Shown here: piece by piece, positions 51,040 through 64,000 of the stretch
Position numbering within the stretch: the first letter of the stretch is position 1
Layout of the letters: every line of letters begins with the position of its first letter
Assembly: GCF_001194135.2 (NCBI RefSeq)
Contig: NC_068983.1
Location: forward strand, 124,494,339 to 124,558,338
DNA: 64,000 nt
Direction: 5' to 3'
DNA from: Octopus bimaculoides
Taxonomy: Eukaryota
The notes under the pieces: model-generated
The model's input: the letters and a program-made list of their open reading frames with translations, nothing else
Database searches by the model: none
Told to the model about the DNA's origin: nothing
Program-made: the position numbers and the translations under genes

Positions 51040-53190
51040 TTTATCTTCTAAATCTGTTCCTTGAGCTGTCCCCGCTTTTCTTCGCTCATCCTCAAAATGT
51101 CCGCTCATGCTCAAAATGCTGCGTACCAGTTTTGACCATACCCCTCCAGACAGTATGGTCTGTGGCCAGTGTTTTAGGTTCGCCAAGGGGATATTGCAGA
51201 GCTTCAAGAATTTCTTGAGATGATGTTTATATCGTTTTTTTGGACATCAGTGCAGTCGGTTACCCTCTGTTAACTCCCCCAATAGGATAACCTTAGGTAT
51301 ATGGTTTTCCGGCATCCTGATAACATTCCCAACCCTGCGCAGTTGACGGTCGAGGATCATGCATTCAATGCTGGTCAATTTCGCTCGTCTCAGGATCTTC
51401 GTATGTGGGATCTTGTCCTTCCAGGTTAGATGAAGAATGCACTGGAGACTGCAGATATGGAAGGATTCGAGGAATTTGACATGACGATGATAAAGTGTCC
51501 AGGTTTCTGAGGCATACAGAAGCGTGGAAACCACAACAGCACGATAAACCTCAAATTTCGTGAAGAGATTCAGATCACGATTAAGGACGACCTATCTTTG
51601 AGACCTCCAAAAGCGGAAGAGACAAGGTGGATGCGATTTTGAATTTCGTTGTCAATGATCCCATTGCTAGAGATGATGCTACACAAATAGGTGAATTTCT
51701 CGGTATTCTTTAGCTGGTTGTCTTGGATCGAAAGAGTTACAGGGGTGAACCATTTTTGGAGCGTTTAAGGATCTCTGTTTTCTTGGTGTCGACCTGGACA
51801 CCAGCCCGACGATAGGCATTGCACACAACGTCTAGGTTCTGCTGAAGGCTGGCTGGTTGGTGGACGAGAGCTTCGCAGTCATCGGCATACTGTAATTCGA
51901 AGAGAGTGGTGGACTGAGTTTTGTTAGTGATTTTTGTCTCCTCAAATTGATGAAACTACCATCGTGGCGATATCGAATTGGGATGCCATCTTCGGGGTTG
52001 AGGTAGTAGTCACAGCAACAAGGAACACTTTGAAGAGGACAGGGGCCAAGGCACAGCCTAATTTAACACAGACTTGAACGTTGAAGTAGCCAGACTGATC
52101 ACCACCCAATATCACACGTGTATGCATGTCATCATGGAACTGGTGTAGCATGGCAAGAGGCTTAGGAGGGCATCCATACCTCTGCAGGACATTCCATAGT
52201 AGTGGGCAGCTAATAGTATCAAAAGCATAGTTAGGTCAATAAAGGTAAACGAGACATTACGCTGTTGTTTTCGGCACTTCTATAACAGGAGGCGGAAGAC
52301 GAAGACCATGTTGATAGTGCTACGGTAAGCTCTAAAACCGCATTGAGACTTTAAAAGGATTCCTTCAACGAAGTGGCCAGAAGTCAAGAGAGCAGGACGT
52401 GTGCCAAGACTTTTCCTGCAACATCCAGGAGTAAAATACCTCTGGTGTTGTTGCAGCCTTAGCGATCTCCCTTCTTGAAGATGATGATTATGTCTGCATG
52501 TTTCCAGTGTTGAGGAGATCAAGACACTTTTTCAACAGTAGAGAATAATCTGATGAAGACGCTGGACAAGATCAGGACCACCATATTTATAGATCTCTCC
52601 CCGACACACCATCTGAACCAGGTGATTTCCTGCTTTTTAAGTAAGATAGGGCTGTACGGATTTCCACGAGGAAGGGTTCCGTATCCAGCTCAGGGAGAGG
52701 AGGGAGATGAGGGAGCTCATCAATCAGTGTGGTTTCTGTAGGATTTATCTTGTTCAACAAAGAGTTGAAGTGTTCTGTCCATCTGTCACGGATCTGAGTT
52801 TTTTTCCTTGTAGAGAGTGTTGCTATCTGAAGATCGTATCGGATTGATATGATTGGAGGACGCACCGTACATGAATTTGGTTGAAGTGTAGAACTCGTGG
52901 ATCTTATTTTCATTCGCAAGACGTTGAATTTCTGCAGCTTTGTTCTACCAAGTGTTCTGAATCTGCTTAAATCTGCTCTGGCATTCCGAACGAAGATCTT
53001 TCCAATTCTGGAGGTGTGCGTTGGACCTGTTTGAGAGGTAGGCATCATGAGCCCGGATTTTACTTCTGAGACGCGGGAGGATCTCATCAGCAGATTCATC
53101 AAACCAGTCAGGATTACGACGTTTAGTGCGTCCTAGTTGTTCGGTTGCAGCCGAGGAGATCAAGGAGATATATGTTTGTCCCATACATCA
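51040..53190 (-). mobile_element. RTE-clade LINE, 5'-truncated, decayed
   Basis: RKSPGSDG, FKKGDR, SQCGFRAYRST, IDLTYAFD-like, VKLGCALAPVLF, LQYADDC (~51890), LLYASETWTLY and GELTEG. Confidence 0.92.
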
Positions 53191-53282
53191 TCTAGCTCCT
53201 CTTTACCGGCGACTGTGTTAAATAAGGCACTAAAAGGGGATAACTCTCCCTAGACACAATGATATATATATATATATATATA

Positions 53283-53425
53283 TGACGGGCTTCTTTACTT
53301 TTCCGTCTACCAAATCCCCTCACAAGGCTTTGGTCGGCTCGAGGCTATAGTAGAATACACTTGCCGCAGGTGCCACGCAGTGGGACTGAACTTCGAACCA
53401 TGTGATTGGGAAGCAAGCTTCTCAC
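53283..53425 (-). mobile_element. SINE family A head/core
   Basis: The reverse complement has gaagcttgcttccc..gttcagtcccactgcgtggcacc..gccgaccaaagccttgtgag. Confidence 0.85.
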
Positions 53426-56049
53426 CGTCAGTTACATCGACCACCCATTACTTGACTATCTAATTTTATATATAGAAATGTTTGTAAACTATGTGTGAAA
53501 ACTCAAAGTATAATTTACGTTGCATAATAATATATTTGAAACTCCAGCAAATGATATATATATATTGCTCATTTCCTGAAATGTAATAATGTTGCAATTT
53601 TATTGAATTTTTTTTCGATAAACTTGAAATAGAAATGTCGAGGATATTAAATTTATTCACTTGTTCGATAAACGCTCTACATTAGTCTGTCTGTCTTTAT
53701 TCAGTTTACAGTATTGATTAAATAGTTATATAAAGTAAACAAATATTCTGTAAACCAATAACTTTTTTTAACAGCAAATTAGAACTTATTTGCCGCTTGG
53801 ACACAGTTTAAAGTCGAACTAAGAGTTGCAAAAAGCTAAACTTGTCGGTACGATCATGATATACACTATAAACGGCTACAGCAAATAGTCACAAAATCAG
53901 TAGGGTGGCTAGCTAAATCATCAGTGGTATTTTTGTCTATTCTTTTCCAAATATGAAGTGGCAGCTAAAAGAAACTAGTAACGGTAACAACAACAATGAC
54001 AACGACAGCAGCACACCTATCAATAATTTTCGTTATTTTGGGATACCTTCTTTCCTGATTCAGTTTGTTTATTCATCCCAACCTTGAATTTGTTTTGTGT
54101 ATTAACATTGAAATCCTACAGTTTATCTTCTATAGTATTGTTTGAATATGTCTCATTAAAAATAGTAAATTTGAAAATAGAAACTGACAGAATATTTTGG
54201 CACAGAGAAACATCGGATTTCTTTTTCGAGCAAAACATTATAAATAAAGCCAGGAATGAATTAGAATGTTCGTGTGGTTAAGAATTTCGCTACTCGTAGT
54301 TTTGAGTTCAATTTCACTGCGAAGTAAATCGGGTATACCTCTTCTACTGCAGTCTTGACATTGGAATTTACTAAACGGAAACTGTGTGGTTTTGGAAAAC
54401 GAATCTAAAGCTGAAAATTAAAGCAATAACCTTTGAGTTACTAGACAGAAGCTGCGTGCAAGTTTGGGTGGAATTTATCTTCAGCCCGAGGGGGGAGCTG
54501 TAAATAAATTTCGTTCTTTTTTCCTCCCCTTACTACGCATTAACAAAATGATAATCGAACTTCTCACCATGATGGGAAAGCTAAGTTTTTTTTAAAAGCA
54601 TTATGCATTATCTTTGAAGACAACCCAACATAAATGGACATAACTCCATAAATTTAAAAAAATGGCTTAATTATCCTTAAAGACCTCAAATTTATCCTTT
54701 CTGTAACTATATACATAACAGCAGTAACCTTGATAAATCTTATTTCATATTGCAACACGTGTAATTGCAAATCATACAGAAAAGAAAATATAAAAGCACA
54801 TATTTATGCTGATTAAACCTACAACCTACCAACTTTACCTTTTTTCCCCCCAGGATCTAGTCTATATATGTGTTTAACCAAGGAATAATCATACAGTCTT
54901 TAAAAGTAATACGAGGTTCAGGTATCGTTAATTTTTCTACTCTGTCGTCAAATTTTAGGCCAGAAGCCATTTCTCAATTAATTACACACTAATGGTGATA
55001 CAGTCAGAAAGCTGACTATTGTACGTGCGGCTATCAGTTTCATATATAATTTTTGTTTTGCTAGTGAAATGTAATTTGTTTTGTAGTTTATACGTTTTTG
55101 AATCGGTGTGTAATATATTATGCAACTTATTGGAATGTATTCAAAACTTAAAATCTTCCATCAAGTTGAGATCAGACTCAGTTTTCCAGCACTACGTACT
55201 TTGTTAGGTTTTACAACATATGAAGACTAACATGTTTTACGCGGTGGCATTTGTATCCCTCTCATCGAAATATATGACTGATCGTATTTTGGATAGATAT
55301 TCGCACTTTTAAATTGAAGAACTAAAATACTCTTTTCTATGTAATGTCAGGATTGATTTACAGAAATACTGAGAGCTTATTGTTTCAATTTTCAGCTTCT
55401 GTAACTATACTTTTGGACGTTGCCCGACAAAATAAGGAACAATATATAGATTATAAGCGCTTGTGCTTACAAACGGGAAAACCTCAAGACATAAAGTAAA
55501 GAGTATATACTCCTCTTAGAAGATAAAACCGTCTGAGATCATAAATCTAATTTTCACTATTTAAATTTATACCTAGAATTTATATTGTTCGAACATAAAT
55601 AATATTAAAATGACTCGGTTCATTATAGAGCAATAGTATTTCTAGATGTGATCTTTGTATCTGAAGGAATCGTGTAATGTTCTGCTACAACATTTTGTGG
55701 ATCTGGGGAATTCCTGTAGATATTCCCTTTGGTATTTACTTAGAAATTTCCAATTATCAAGGACCTCCTACATAAATAATTTGCAGATCACAAAAATGGT
55801 CATACCGGTAAAAGTAAAAACTTTTCTTCATGAAGAATGAAACATAATTAATTGTAGACACCTATCATGCACACTTATGCCTTATACATTTTATAATGAA
55901 AGCATACACAGTTATGTAGATGAATGTGCAATGTATTTTGTCATTTTAAAAACGGCTTGTACTTAATAAGTAAAGTAATAAAACATTAAACTGAATAAAT
56001 AATAGAAGACATAGTGTAGAGTCAAATATTTAGGTATGTGGATGATGTG

Positions 56050-56345
56050 TCATGAAGAGGTGCATTGACGAACAAATTCAAGAATCGCTGGTGGAACCAT
56101 ACAGAGTAATTTAAGAACAGTTGCAAAAAGCAATGCACATTCATCGCAGACCTTTTACGAGACCTCAAACAGAAAAAGATACAATACAGTACGACGTGGG
56201 CAGTGATACGAAATGGATACCCATATAACGCATTACCAAAAAAGCATGTAGTATTTGCCTGGAAGAAACATTAGAAATAATATTATGTAATGATAACATT
56301 ATCAACAAACAACATGAGATTATTTTAACAATCAATCATAGACTT
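56050..56345 (+). pseudogene. Decayed Penelope GIY-YIG endonuclease C-terminal half
   Basis: FKNRWWNH, CSICLEETLEI and INKQHEII (~FK.R..NH, C.LCL.EK..I, LN.R.EI). Confidence 0.65.
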
Positions 56346-56728
56346 AAAAGCTCGTTTCTGGAGTTTAGAAAGAATATGATAGTTAATGTTATATCAATCC
56401 TTTATTCATTTACTTGACAATGTAATTAAAATTTTCTTCAATTATTTTTACTGGTTCATTATATAGTTGTTTACCTAAAAAATGTAAGTTCCATAATAAT
56501 CTGTATGTATGTATGGCTATTTAGTTATATCAAACCATTATTTACTGAAATATATAATTATAATGTTTCATTGTAATCATTAGGAAGTTTATATTGTTTA
56601 CATAAATTGTACAATCCTACAATAATTAGTATGTGTGTTTAGCAGTTTCGTGTGTTTGTGTGGATGTACGTGGGTATGAATGTCTGTATGTGTGAATAAA
56701 CATGTGTAGGTATCTGTGACTGTGTATC

Positions 56729-56982
56729 GTGGCACTCTGTCGGTTACGACGACAAGGGTTCCAGTTGATCCGATCAACGGAACAGCCTGCTCGTAAAATT
56801 ACCATGCAAGTGGCTGAGCACTCCACCGACACATATACTCTTAACGTAGTTCTCGGGGAGATTCAGAGTGACACAGAGTGTGTTTTCGCTCAATAAACAC
56901 TCACAGCGCCCAGTCTGGGAATCGAAACCGCGATCCTACGACCGCAAATCCGCTTCCCTAACCACTGGGTCATTGCGCCTCC
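56729..56982 (-). mobile_element. SINE family C, internally deleted
   Basis: The reverse complement matches 36861-36962 and 37080-37230; ~120 bp of the middle is missing. Confidence 0.88.
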
Positions 56983-56985
56983 ATG

Positions 56986-57018
<33 letters not shown>

Positions 57019-57212
57019 NNNNNNNNNNNNNNNNNNNNNNNNNNNNNNNNNNNNNNNNNNNNNNNNNNNNNNNNNNNNNNNNNNNNNNNNNNNNNNNNNN
57101 NNNNNNNNNNNNNNNNNNNNNNNNNNNNNNNNNNNNNNNNNNNNNNNNNNNNNNNNNNNNNNNNNNNNNNNNNNNNNNNNNNNNNNNNNNNNNNNNNNNN
57201 NNNNNNNNNNNN

Positions 57213-57382
57213 ATGGGAGAATTTACGAAAACAACAACAACAGACGAGGACAGGTGGTGTAAACAACAAAAGGATGTATTAGTTTAACGCTCGGGAATAT
57301 AGAAAGTATTTAACGTTTCGAGCTACGCTCTTCAACAGAAAGAATACGGAGAAAACAAGGAGAAAAACACAGAGAAAAAAAA
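57213..57382 (-). mobile_element. pLTR-like fragment carrying a hammerhead (coding part, if any, in gap or lost)
   Basis: Non-coding; contains the hammerhead listed next. Confidence 0.45.
57309..57341 (-). ncRNA. Minimal hammerhead with one core substitution (A6U)
   Basis: UUU CUGUUGA A GAGC-gua-GCUC GAAA CG U U AAA. Stem III is the palindrome ACGU. Confidence 0.6.
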
Positions 57383-57446
57383 TTGAATGGTTTGGTCAGC
57401 GATCTATCATGGCACACAGACAGAAGCACACTCACATATAAATTTA

Positions 57447-57480
<34 letters not shown>

Positions 57481-58133
57481 CTATGTAAATGAATATGCAT
57501 GTATGCATGTACAAGGGTGTGAGTTAACCCTTCTTGGTTTAATAGCACCTCTTAATGACTGGCAAAGCAACTGTAATGAGACTTAAGGACAGTCAAAATT
57601 GACTTTATGAGCAGACAAATCTAAGTGTGCTGGCAGAGAGGTTGGTATCTCGCTGTGGTAACAAGTTGATCACGTGCAAATGATTTCTTTTACAGAAACA
57701 AGAGATAAGGAGAGAGACGAATTTTCATCTGTCTATGGTTTATATTCTGTTTCTAACTCAGCATGTCCTTAAAAAGATGTTATCGCAGGACAAATACTGC
57801 AGTAAGAACTGACTTAAGGAAGTTGGGTATACATTACGTATGATACATAGATGTCTAGACATAGATACACACACGCAAACGTTCATACACGTAAATACAT
57901 AACATACATCTATACTGTCACTAACAACATTCTGTATTAAAATAGAGCGAAACAGGGTTTATTTAACGAGATAACCCTTGTAAAATCACCCTACGAGGTG
58001 CTTCGGCATCGAGGGATGTTCCACAACCAGCTGTGCAGTACAGCACCCACGAGGATCGATGCAGAATGGGTTGAAACGATCGTTGTGAGCAATAAAGTTT
58101 CTTGTATATTCCATTTCTCATCTCTATCATTTG

Positions 58134-58169
<36 letters not shown>

Positions 58170-58474
58170 NNNNNNNNNNNNNNNNNNNNNNNNNNNNNNN
58201 NNNNNNNNNNNNNNNNNNNNNNNNNNNNNNNNNNNNNNNNNNNNNNNNNNNNNNNNNNNNNNNNNNNNNNNNNNNNNNNNNNNNNNNNNNNNNNNNNNNN
58301 NNNNNNNNNNNNNNNNNNNNNNNNNNNNNNNNNNNNNNNNNNNNNNNNNNNNNNNNNNNNNNNNNNNNNNNNNNNNNNNNNNNNNNNNNNNNNNNNNNNN
58401 NNNNNNNNNNNNNNNNNNNNNNNNNNNNNNNNNNNNNNNNNNNNNNNNNNNNNNNNNNNNNNNNNNNNNNNNNN

Positions 58475-59285
58475 GGCGACCAGCCAGGGCTTTTTTTCAT
58501 TTTTGGAAATAGATGAAAGTCAGAGGGAGCTAAGTCTGGCGAATAAGGCGGATGGGGAACAAGTTCGTATCCACAATCACGAATTGTTGCCATGGCAACC
58601 ACTGAGGTGTGGGCTGGAGCATTGTCTGATGAAAAAGGACTACTCTGGTGAGCATTCTTGGCCCTTTTTCTTTGATTGCTTCTCGGCGGCGTTTCAGTAG
58701 CTGAGAATAATACAGCCCTGTCACGGTGTGACCCTTTTCAAGGTAATCGATCAGCAAGACACCTTGAGAATTCCAAAAAACGGACGCCATGATCTTGCCT
58801 GCTGAAGGAATGACTCTGGCTTTCTTTGGGGTAGGAGAAGATGTGTGCTTCCACTGCTTTGATTGTTCTTTGGTTTCAGGCTGGTAGTGATGGACCCAAC
58901 TTTCGTCTATAGTAATGAAACGAGCAAGAAAATTCTCTTCATCAGCTTCAATCAGTTCCAGATTGCTCGTGGACAAAGTGCACCTGGTGCGTTTCTGTTC
59001 AGGAGTCAAAAGGCGAGGGACCCACCTTGCAGAAACCTTTGAGAACCCAAGTTCTTTTGTCACAATGTTGTCTGCTCTTTCAGTTGCGATTCCCAGTCTC
59101 TCGGCTATCTGATGACATGATATTCGATGATCTCCCTGGTCTTGGATCATCTTCCACACTCTCCCTGCCACGCTTGAATTCATTTGCCCAGCGTTTGACT
59201 GTTGCATATGAAGGAATTTATCTGTTAAGCTTTTCACCATATCTTCATGGATTTCTGATGGAGTCATGCCTTTCAAATGAAGGTT
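58475..59285 (-). pseudogene. Mariner transposase, nearly complete, frameshifted
   Basis: SARWVPRLL, ITIDESWVH, ASVFW, DNA-region frameshift, HPPYSPDLAPSDFHLFPKMK; the 3' end runs into the gap. Confidence 0.93.
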
Positions 59286-59560
59286 GCAGGCAGTTTTCTG
59301 GTTTACTTGAAGTTCTTTTGCCAGTTCCTGAGTGGTTTTACGTGGATCTTTCTCTATGAAGGTCTTTAATTGACCACCATCGATACAGATGGGCGTCCAC
59401 TACGCTTGCGACCTTCAAGGCTCAGGTCTCCACTGCGGAATAGCTTAAACCATTTTCGAATTAACCACCCACTGGTCATTTCCTTACCAAACATTTCGTT
59501 GATAACGCTAGCAGGTAAAATTCTTCATGGTTCAAAACGTTGCTTACTTTTTACTCAACC

Positions 59561-59562
<2 letters not shown>
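59286..59562 (-). mobile_element. 5' part of a different (Hsmar1/mellifera-like) mariner with TIR
   Basis: TIR-like TAGGTTGAGTAAAAAGTAAGCAACGTTTT at 59562-59534; WFKLFRSGDLSLE..RSGRPS and IEKDPRKTTQELAKEL. Confidence 0.75.
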
Positions 59563-59612
<50 letters not shown>

Positions 59613-59778
59613 TATGTATATGTATAATATACACACATATATGCATATATGCACACACACATATATACATATATATATGCACACATACACACAAACATAT
59701 ATATGTAAGTATATATATATATATATATATATATATAATGTATATATATAATATACATAGTTATATATTATATATATA

Positions 59779-59832
<54 letters not shown>

Positions 59833-59959
59833 CTTATACATATGTATTAAGATAAATGTACAACAAAATAGAAAGAATAGTATTTAAAATATCTAAAAAC
59901 ATTTTTATAAAAAAGCGATTATATATCATTCAAATGCTAAAGGGGCTCTCGCCCGTCTC

Positions 59960-60009
<50 letters not shown>

Positions 60010-61914
60010 GGAATTTGTACGTATCTATCAAGATGAAAGAGATAAATAGATGTAATTTATATGTCCGGAATTTTAGAAGTAATAGAAATATCCATTACGT
60101 ACAACATAAAGCTAATAATCATCCTATTTTCATGAATAAAGGTTTGATTACGCTGTGTAATGATCGCACCCATCCATAGAGATTTATCCTATAATTACAT
60201 TGCTGAAGATTTAGTAGGAATTATCCTAAAATACTACGAAATTTTCTACAAAAATATTTTTATGAATATTACAATCACCACTCTTATCAGAATATCTTCT
60301 ATCACTGTCTCATATCGATGGCTAAAATGTGTAGTTTTGAAAGTAGAAGTATCCGGCAATTTAGCTGAAAGATACTGCCGTAACAACAAAATTGTCGTTT
60401 ATTATCTTACGCTGTTTGCAAATAAGTACAGTCATCTACTTTTGGTGATACTATCTTACCTTAATCTCTGTTTACAGTCATGAGTTAAACTGAAGTCCAG
60501 GTTGATCTCCCAGAGTGGAGGTAGTGCAAGAAGTGAAAAAAGAAAAGTAATGAGAAACGATAAAAGAACTCATCCTTGTTGCACTGTTGTACGGCAAAGC
60601 AATATTTGATCTTCTGACTACAAATTTCAACATCATTTAAGTTTAAGCGAAATATCAATATATATGCTAATTCGGAAACCTTTTTCAAATGGCTACCCTA
60701 ATTATTTTGATGGAAGTTTTGTTTTCATTCATCATCTCTTTCTATTCCCCTCTCTATCTCTCTCAAGTTATTTGCATCAGTGGCTTGGGGAATATGTATT
60801 GTATAATAAGTGAAGAAATAAAATGAAATATTCAGGAGAGTTTTATTCAGTATCTGGCGATTGCAAAATTATTCATCCAATGAAATATCATACAAAATTA
60901 GAAATCTTCATTGTAAGATTAAATGACAAGATATTGCTATGAAATATGATTTGATTAAAAGTCAAATAACAAGATCAAATGGAACAAAAACAATTTCGTC
61001 TGAGAGATTTATTCTGTCAAATTACTATGGAATTTTTCCTTTCATGGAATCATGCAATCCAGGCCTGTAGCATTGCTGATGAGATAAATGTAATTTCAAA
61101 GTTTTAAACACTGGACACCAAGTTTCTTTGATTTCATATCAAACATACCCAATAAATCTTTTTGCATCATTTAAAAATCTATATTTTTGAGTCAACAAGT
61201 TTACTTTCTTGATATTTGAAAAATATAAAATAGGTAAATGATGAATCTTATTAACTTATACAAAAATGTCTATGGTCTCACACGCACGCACACACACTCA
61301 CACACACACGCCCACATATATGAATTTAGAAATACTTGCATTTACACATGCGCAAAAATACATTAATATAAACAAACAGACACTATATATTCATATGCGT
61401 ATAATTATTTACTCCGTCATTCCTTACCTCATTTTTTCGTCATTATACACATGTAAACTTTTACACAGTCTCATATACAGTCGGGAATTACTTTTGTATA
61501 TGCAAATGTATGAAAGTAATACCTTATCTCGGTTTGCTGACGCTATTTACCCGGGGTCTGTAGAAGTAACCTTAGATTGGAAGTTCTCATTCTATTATAT
61601 GTGATCTCCGTATCCATGTGCAGGACATTCAAGAAACACTAGAAAGGTACTATCGATACGTGCGAAACAGTCTTTAAGAGAACACAGAAAACCAATCAGA
61701 GATGGCACAAAACTTGTTCTGTTTTATATCACTTATTAAATGCGGGTAATGCATGTTACAAGTTTTCCAGCAGAGCACTCACCCATTGAGTGTATGGCTG
61801 ACGATGTTAGTGACATCAATGTGTATATAACTCGGTCTGAAGTAATATAACGAACTGCTTCGTTGGAACAGCAAGGGGTTTTCGGTTTTATCGACAATGT
61901 TTATATTCTTTCCC

Positions 61915-62015
61915 GACCTACCTACTTACCTACCTACCTACCTACCTACCTACCTACCTACCTACCTACCTACCTACGTATGTACGTATGTATGTATGTA
62001 TGTATGTATGTATGT
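61915..62015. repeat. (CCTA)n then (ATGT)n microsatellite
   Basis: Direct reading. Confidence 0.95.
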
Positions 62016-62036
62016 GTGTATGTATGGCTCTTTTAT

Positions 62037-62805
62037 ATTTTAATTATTATAAATCTTCCACTCAGGAGGGGGCCGGTTTCCAACAAAGATACAAGGCTCT
62101 ATCTTTCGGATGTAGTTAACATAGAAAAATTCACATTTGGAACTTGAGAAGAGTCATGCATATTTTTACTGTTCTACTCACAGATTGGTCTTGTAATGTA
62201 CGAGTCATCCGAACAATTTCTGTTTCTGAAAATCCCAGTTTATCCAAATTCTCATTTAAGCATTTTCTAACAAAACCTAGTACTCCAATTATTGTTGGTA
62301 TGAATATGAATTCATAGTCTGGGTATAGAAGCTGGAGGTTTCGAGGCAGTTGTTCATAGATATCCTGTTTTTCTTTGTTTTCAAAGAGATATTTATATCT
62401 GTAGGGCAGCTAACCTCTATGATGGTACATGCCTTTGCCCCCTCTGTCCCAAACAACAATATCCGGCTTGTTATGTTTATTTGACAGAAGTTTTGATGGA
62501 AATATTTCACCAGTATTCATTCAGTTGGTGTTTATGAATGTATCCCATAACAGAGAGAAGTTTATTTCAGTGCAGTCTTCTTTGCGGATGGTATTGTAAA
62601 TTGTATTACTAACAACATTGTGCCGCATAGGGAGGTAGTACTGTGATGCCATTCTATGACGGCTGCTAATCACATGCGTAATGACTTCCACAGAAACATG
62701 ACATAGGCTACACATGCGGTTGTACCTTGGGATTACAAGAGCGTCACTGTTTCTGTTGTTCACCAGATACTTTGTGGATTGCGAACGCATAGCCTTCAAA
62801 GTTTA
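62037..62805 (-). mobile_element. RLE-type LINE 3' fragment (R4/NeSL-like), frameshifted
   Basis: CSLCHVSVEVITHVISS, MRHN, KPDIVVWD, IIEVSCPTDINI, IPTIIG; 3'UTR ending in tataataatt. Confidence 0.82.
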
Positions 62806-62890
62806 ATGTGATGTAGTGGTCTTCTGTATGTATGTATGCATGTATGTATGTATGTATGTATGTATGTATGTATGTATGTATGTATGTATG

Positions 62891-62925
<35 letters not shown>

Positions 62926-62934
62926 AAAGAATTA

Positions 62935-63110
62935 TAAGGAGGGTGTACTGAAAAGTTCCTGGCTGTGGACAAAAGAAAATATAGGAGGATCAGTTAATTA
63001 TGATTTTATTCAACATATTCCCCCCTCAGACCCACACACTTATTGCAGCGGTCCTTCAGTTTTGCTAAGCTCTGTGAAAAAACACGGAAGGCTGTGTCTC
63101 GCGATACCCT
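62935..63110 (-). mobile_element. Mariner 3' end with TIR
   Basis: GAGGGTGTACTGAAAAGTTCC is TIR-like; the minus strand reads ..RCNKCVGL-GEYVE*. Confidence 0.65.
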
Positions 63111-63414
63111 GAAAGCCAGGAAATTTTCAGCTCTCCCTCATAAATCCCAGGGAACCTTGTAGTTGCGAAGCGAACTTCTTAACCAAGCAGCCATTCGTCC
63201 GTTTTGATGTTTTAACATAATTCAGCTGCTACGGATGGCAGAACTGACTGTCACCGAATAAATTATTCTGTAGTTTTAAAGCAGAATTGCTTTACATTCT
63301 GAATCACATCCCCCAAATCTACTTTACATATAATCCTTCTGGAATTGATTAAATATGCAATATGTGTCCGTCAAACAGTAGAGTCTTATCAAATGGGAAT
63401 CATGACAATCTGTC

Positions 63415-63530
63415 TATCATCGTCGCTGTCGTCATCGTCGTCCTTCGTCGTCGTCGTCGTCGTCCTCCTCCTCTTCCTCCTCCTCTTCCCCTCCTCCTCC
63501 TCCTTCTCCTCTTCCCCTCCTCTCCCCTCC
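63415..63530. repeat. (CGT)n/(CCT)n low-complexity tract
   Basis: Direct reading. Confidence 0.9.
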
Positions 63531-64000
63531 TCTATCAGGCAGAATTTGGTTGATGGCAGCCATTTCAATCTAAGTTTTTTCTTAGAAAGATAACTACGAT
63601 TTATTTTCCTATTGACCTGTTGTTAGATGATAGAGTTTTGCTGTTCAACACTGTGCTGTGCAACAGCCATCTGCTGTTACATCATGTTGATCAAGTGAGG
63701 GCATTACAAATGTTTCTCATTACTCACTTTCTGTATACTAAAGTTGTAGAAGATAATCCAGTAATTTAATGTGTAGCAGCTATTGAGATGCATTGATATA
63801 ATTAGCGTTAAAGCTACAAACGCCCCATCTACAATACAACAAAAGTATATGGACTTGGACCACCATGAAAAATCAATTATTTATCCTTGGTTAAAATGTT
63901 GCTGACTGATTAGTCTCAATTATAAAATCATTTTATAATAAATAAAATTATTGATGTCTTTCTTCGATATAAAGTTATATATATATATATATATATATAT

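Noticed and set aside
61797-61830. CUGACGA followed by a short hairpin (similar case at 61078)
   Set aside because: No GAAA core follows the stem.

Overview
AT-rich, microsatellite-rich and repeat-saturated animal genomic DNA with 11 assembly gaps, most flanked by simple repeats. The SINE families resemble those I recall from Octopus (coleoid cephalopod), so the organism assignment is an inference. I find no convincing host protein-coding exon, rRNA, tRNA gene or CRISPR array. The window is a graveyard of R4/Dong-type RLE LINEs sitting in (AAT)n tracts, RTE and CR1 LINE pieces, a LINE ORF1 remnant, an internally deleted Gypsy, several mariner relics, three tRNA-derived SINE families and several Penelope-like elements (PLEs). 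The most interesting layer is non-coding. At least five minimal, dimer-type hammerhead ribozymes from different sequence families are readable by eye (4918-4963, 27438-27498, 29486-29543, 49629-49663 with its mirror at 50215-50248, and 57309-57341). Two ribozyme-bearing 436-473 bp units have terminal redundancy and look like retrozyme or pLTR-only elements. Three long inverted repeats (9.3-9.8, 38.9-39.5 and 49.5-50.3 kb) carry intact or decayed hammerhead cores pointing outward. An 88%-GC in-frame insert inside an R4 reverse transcriptase is unexplained. All alignments were done by eye and need computational confirmation.
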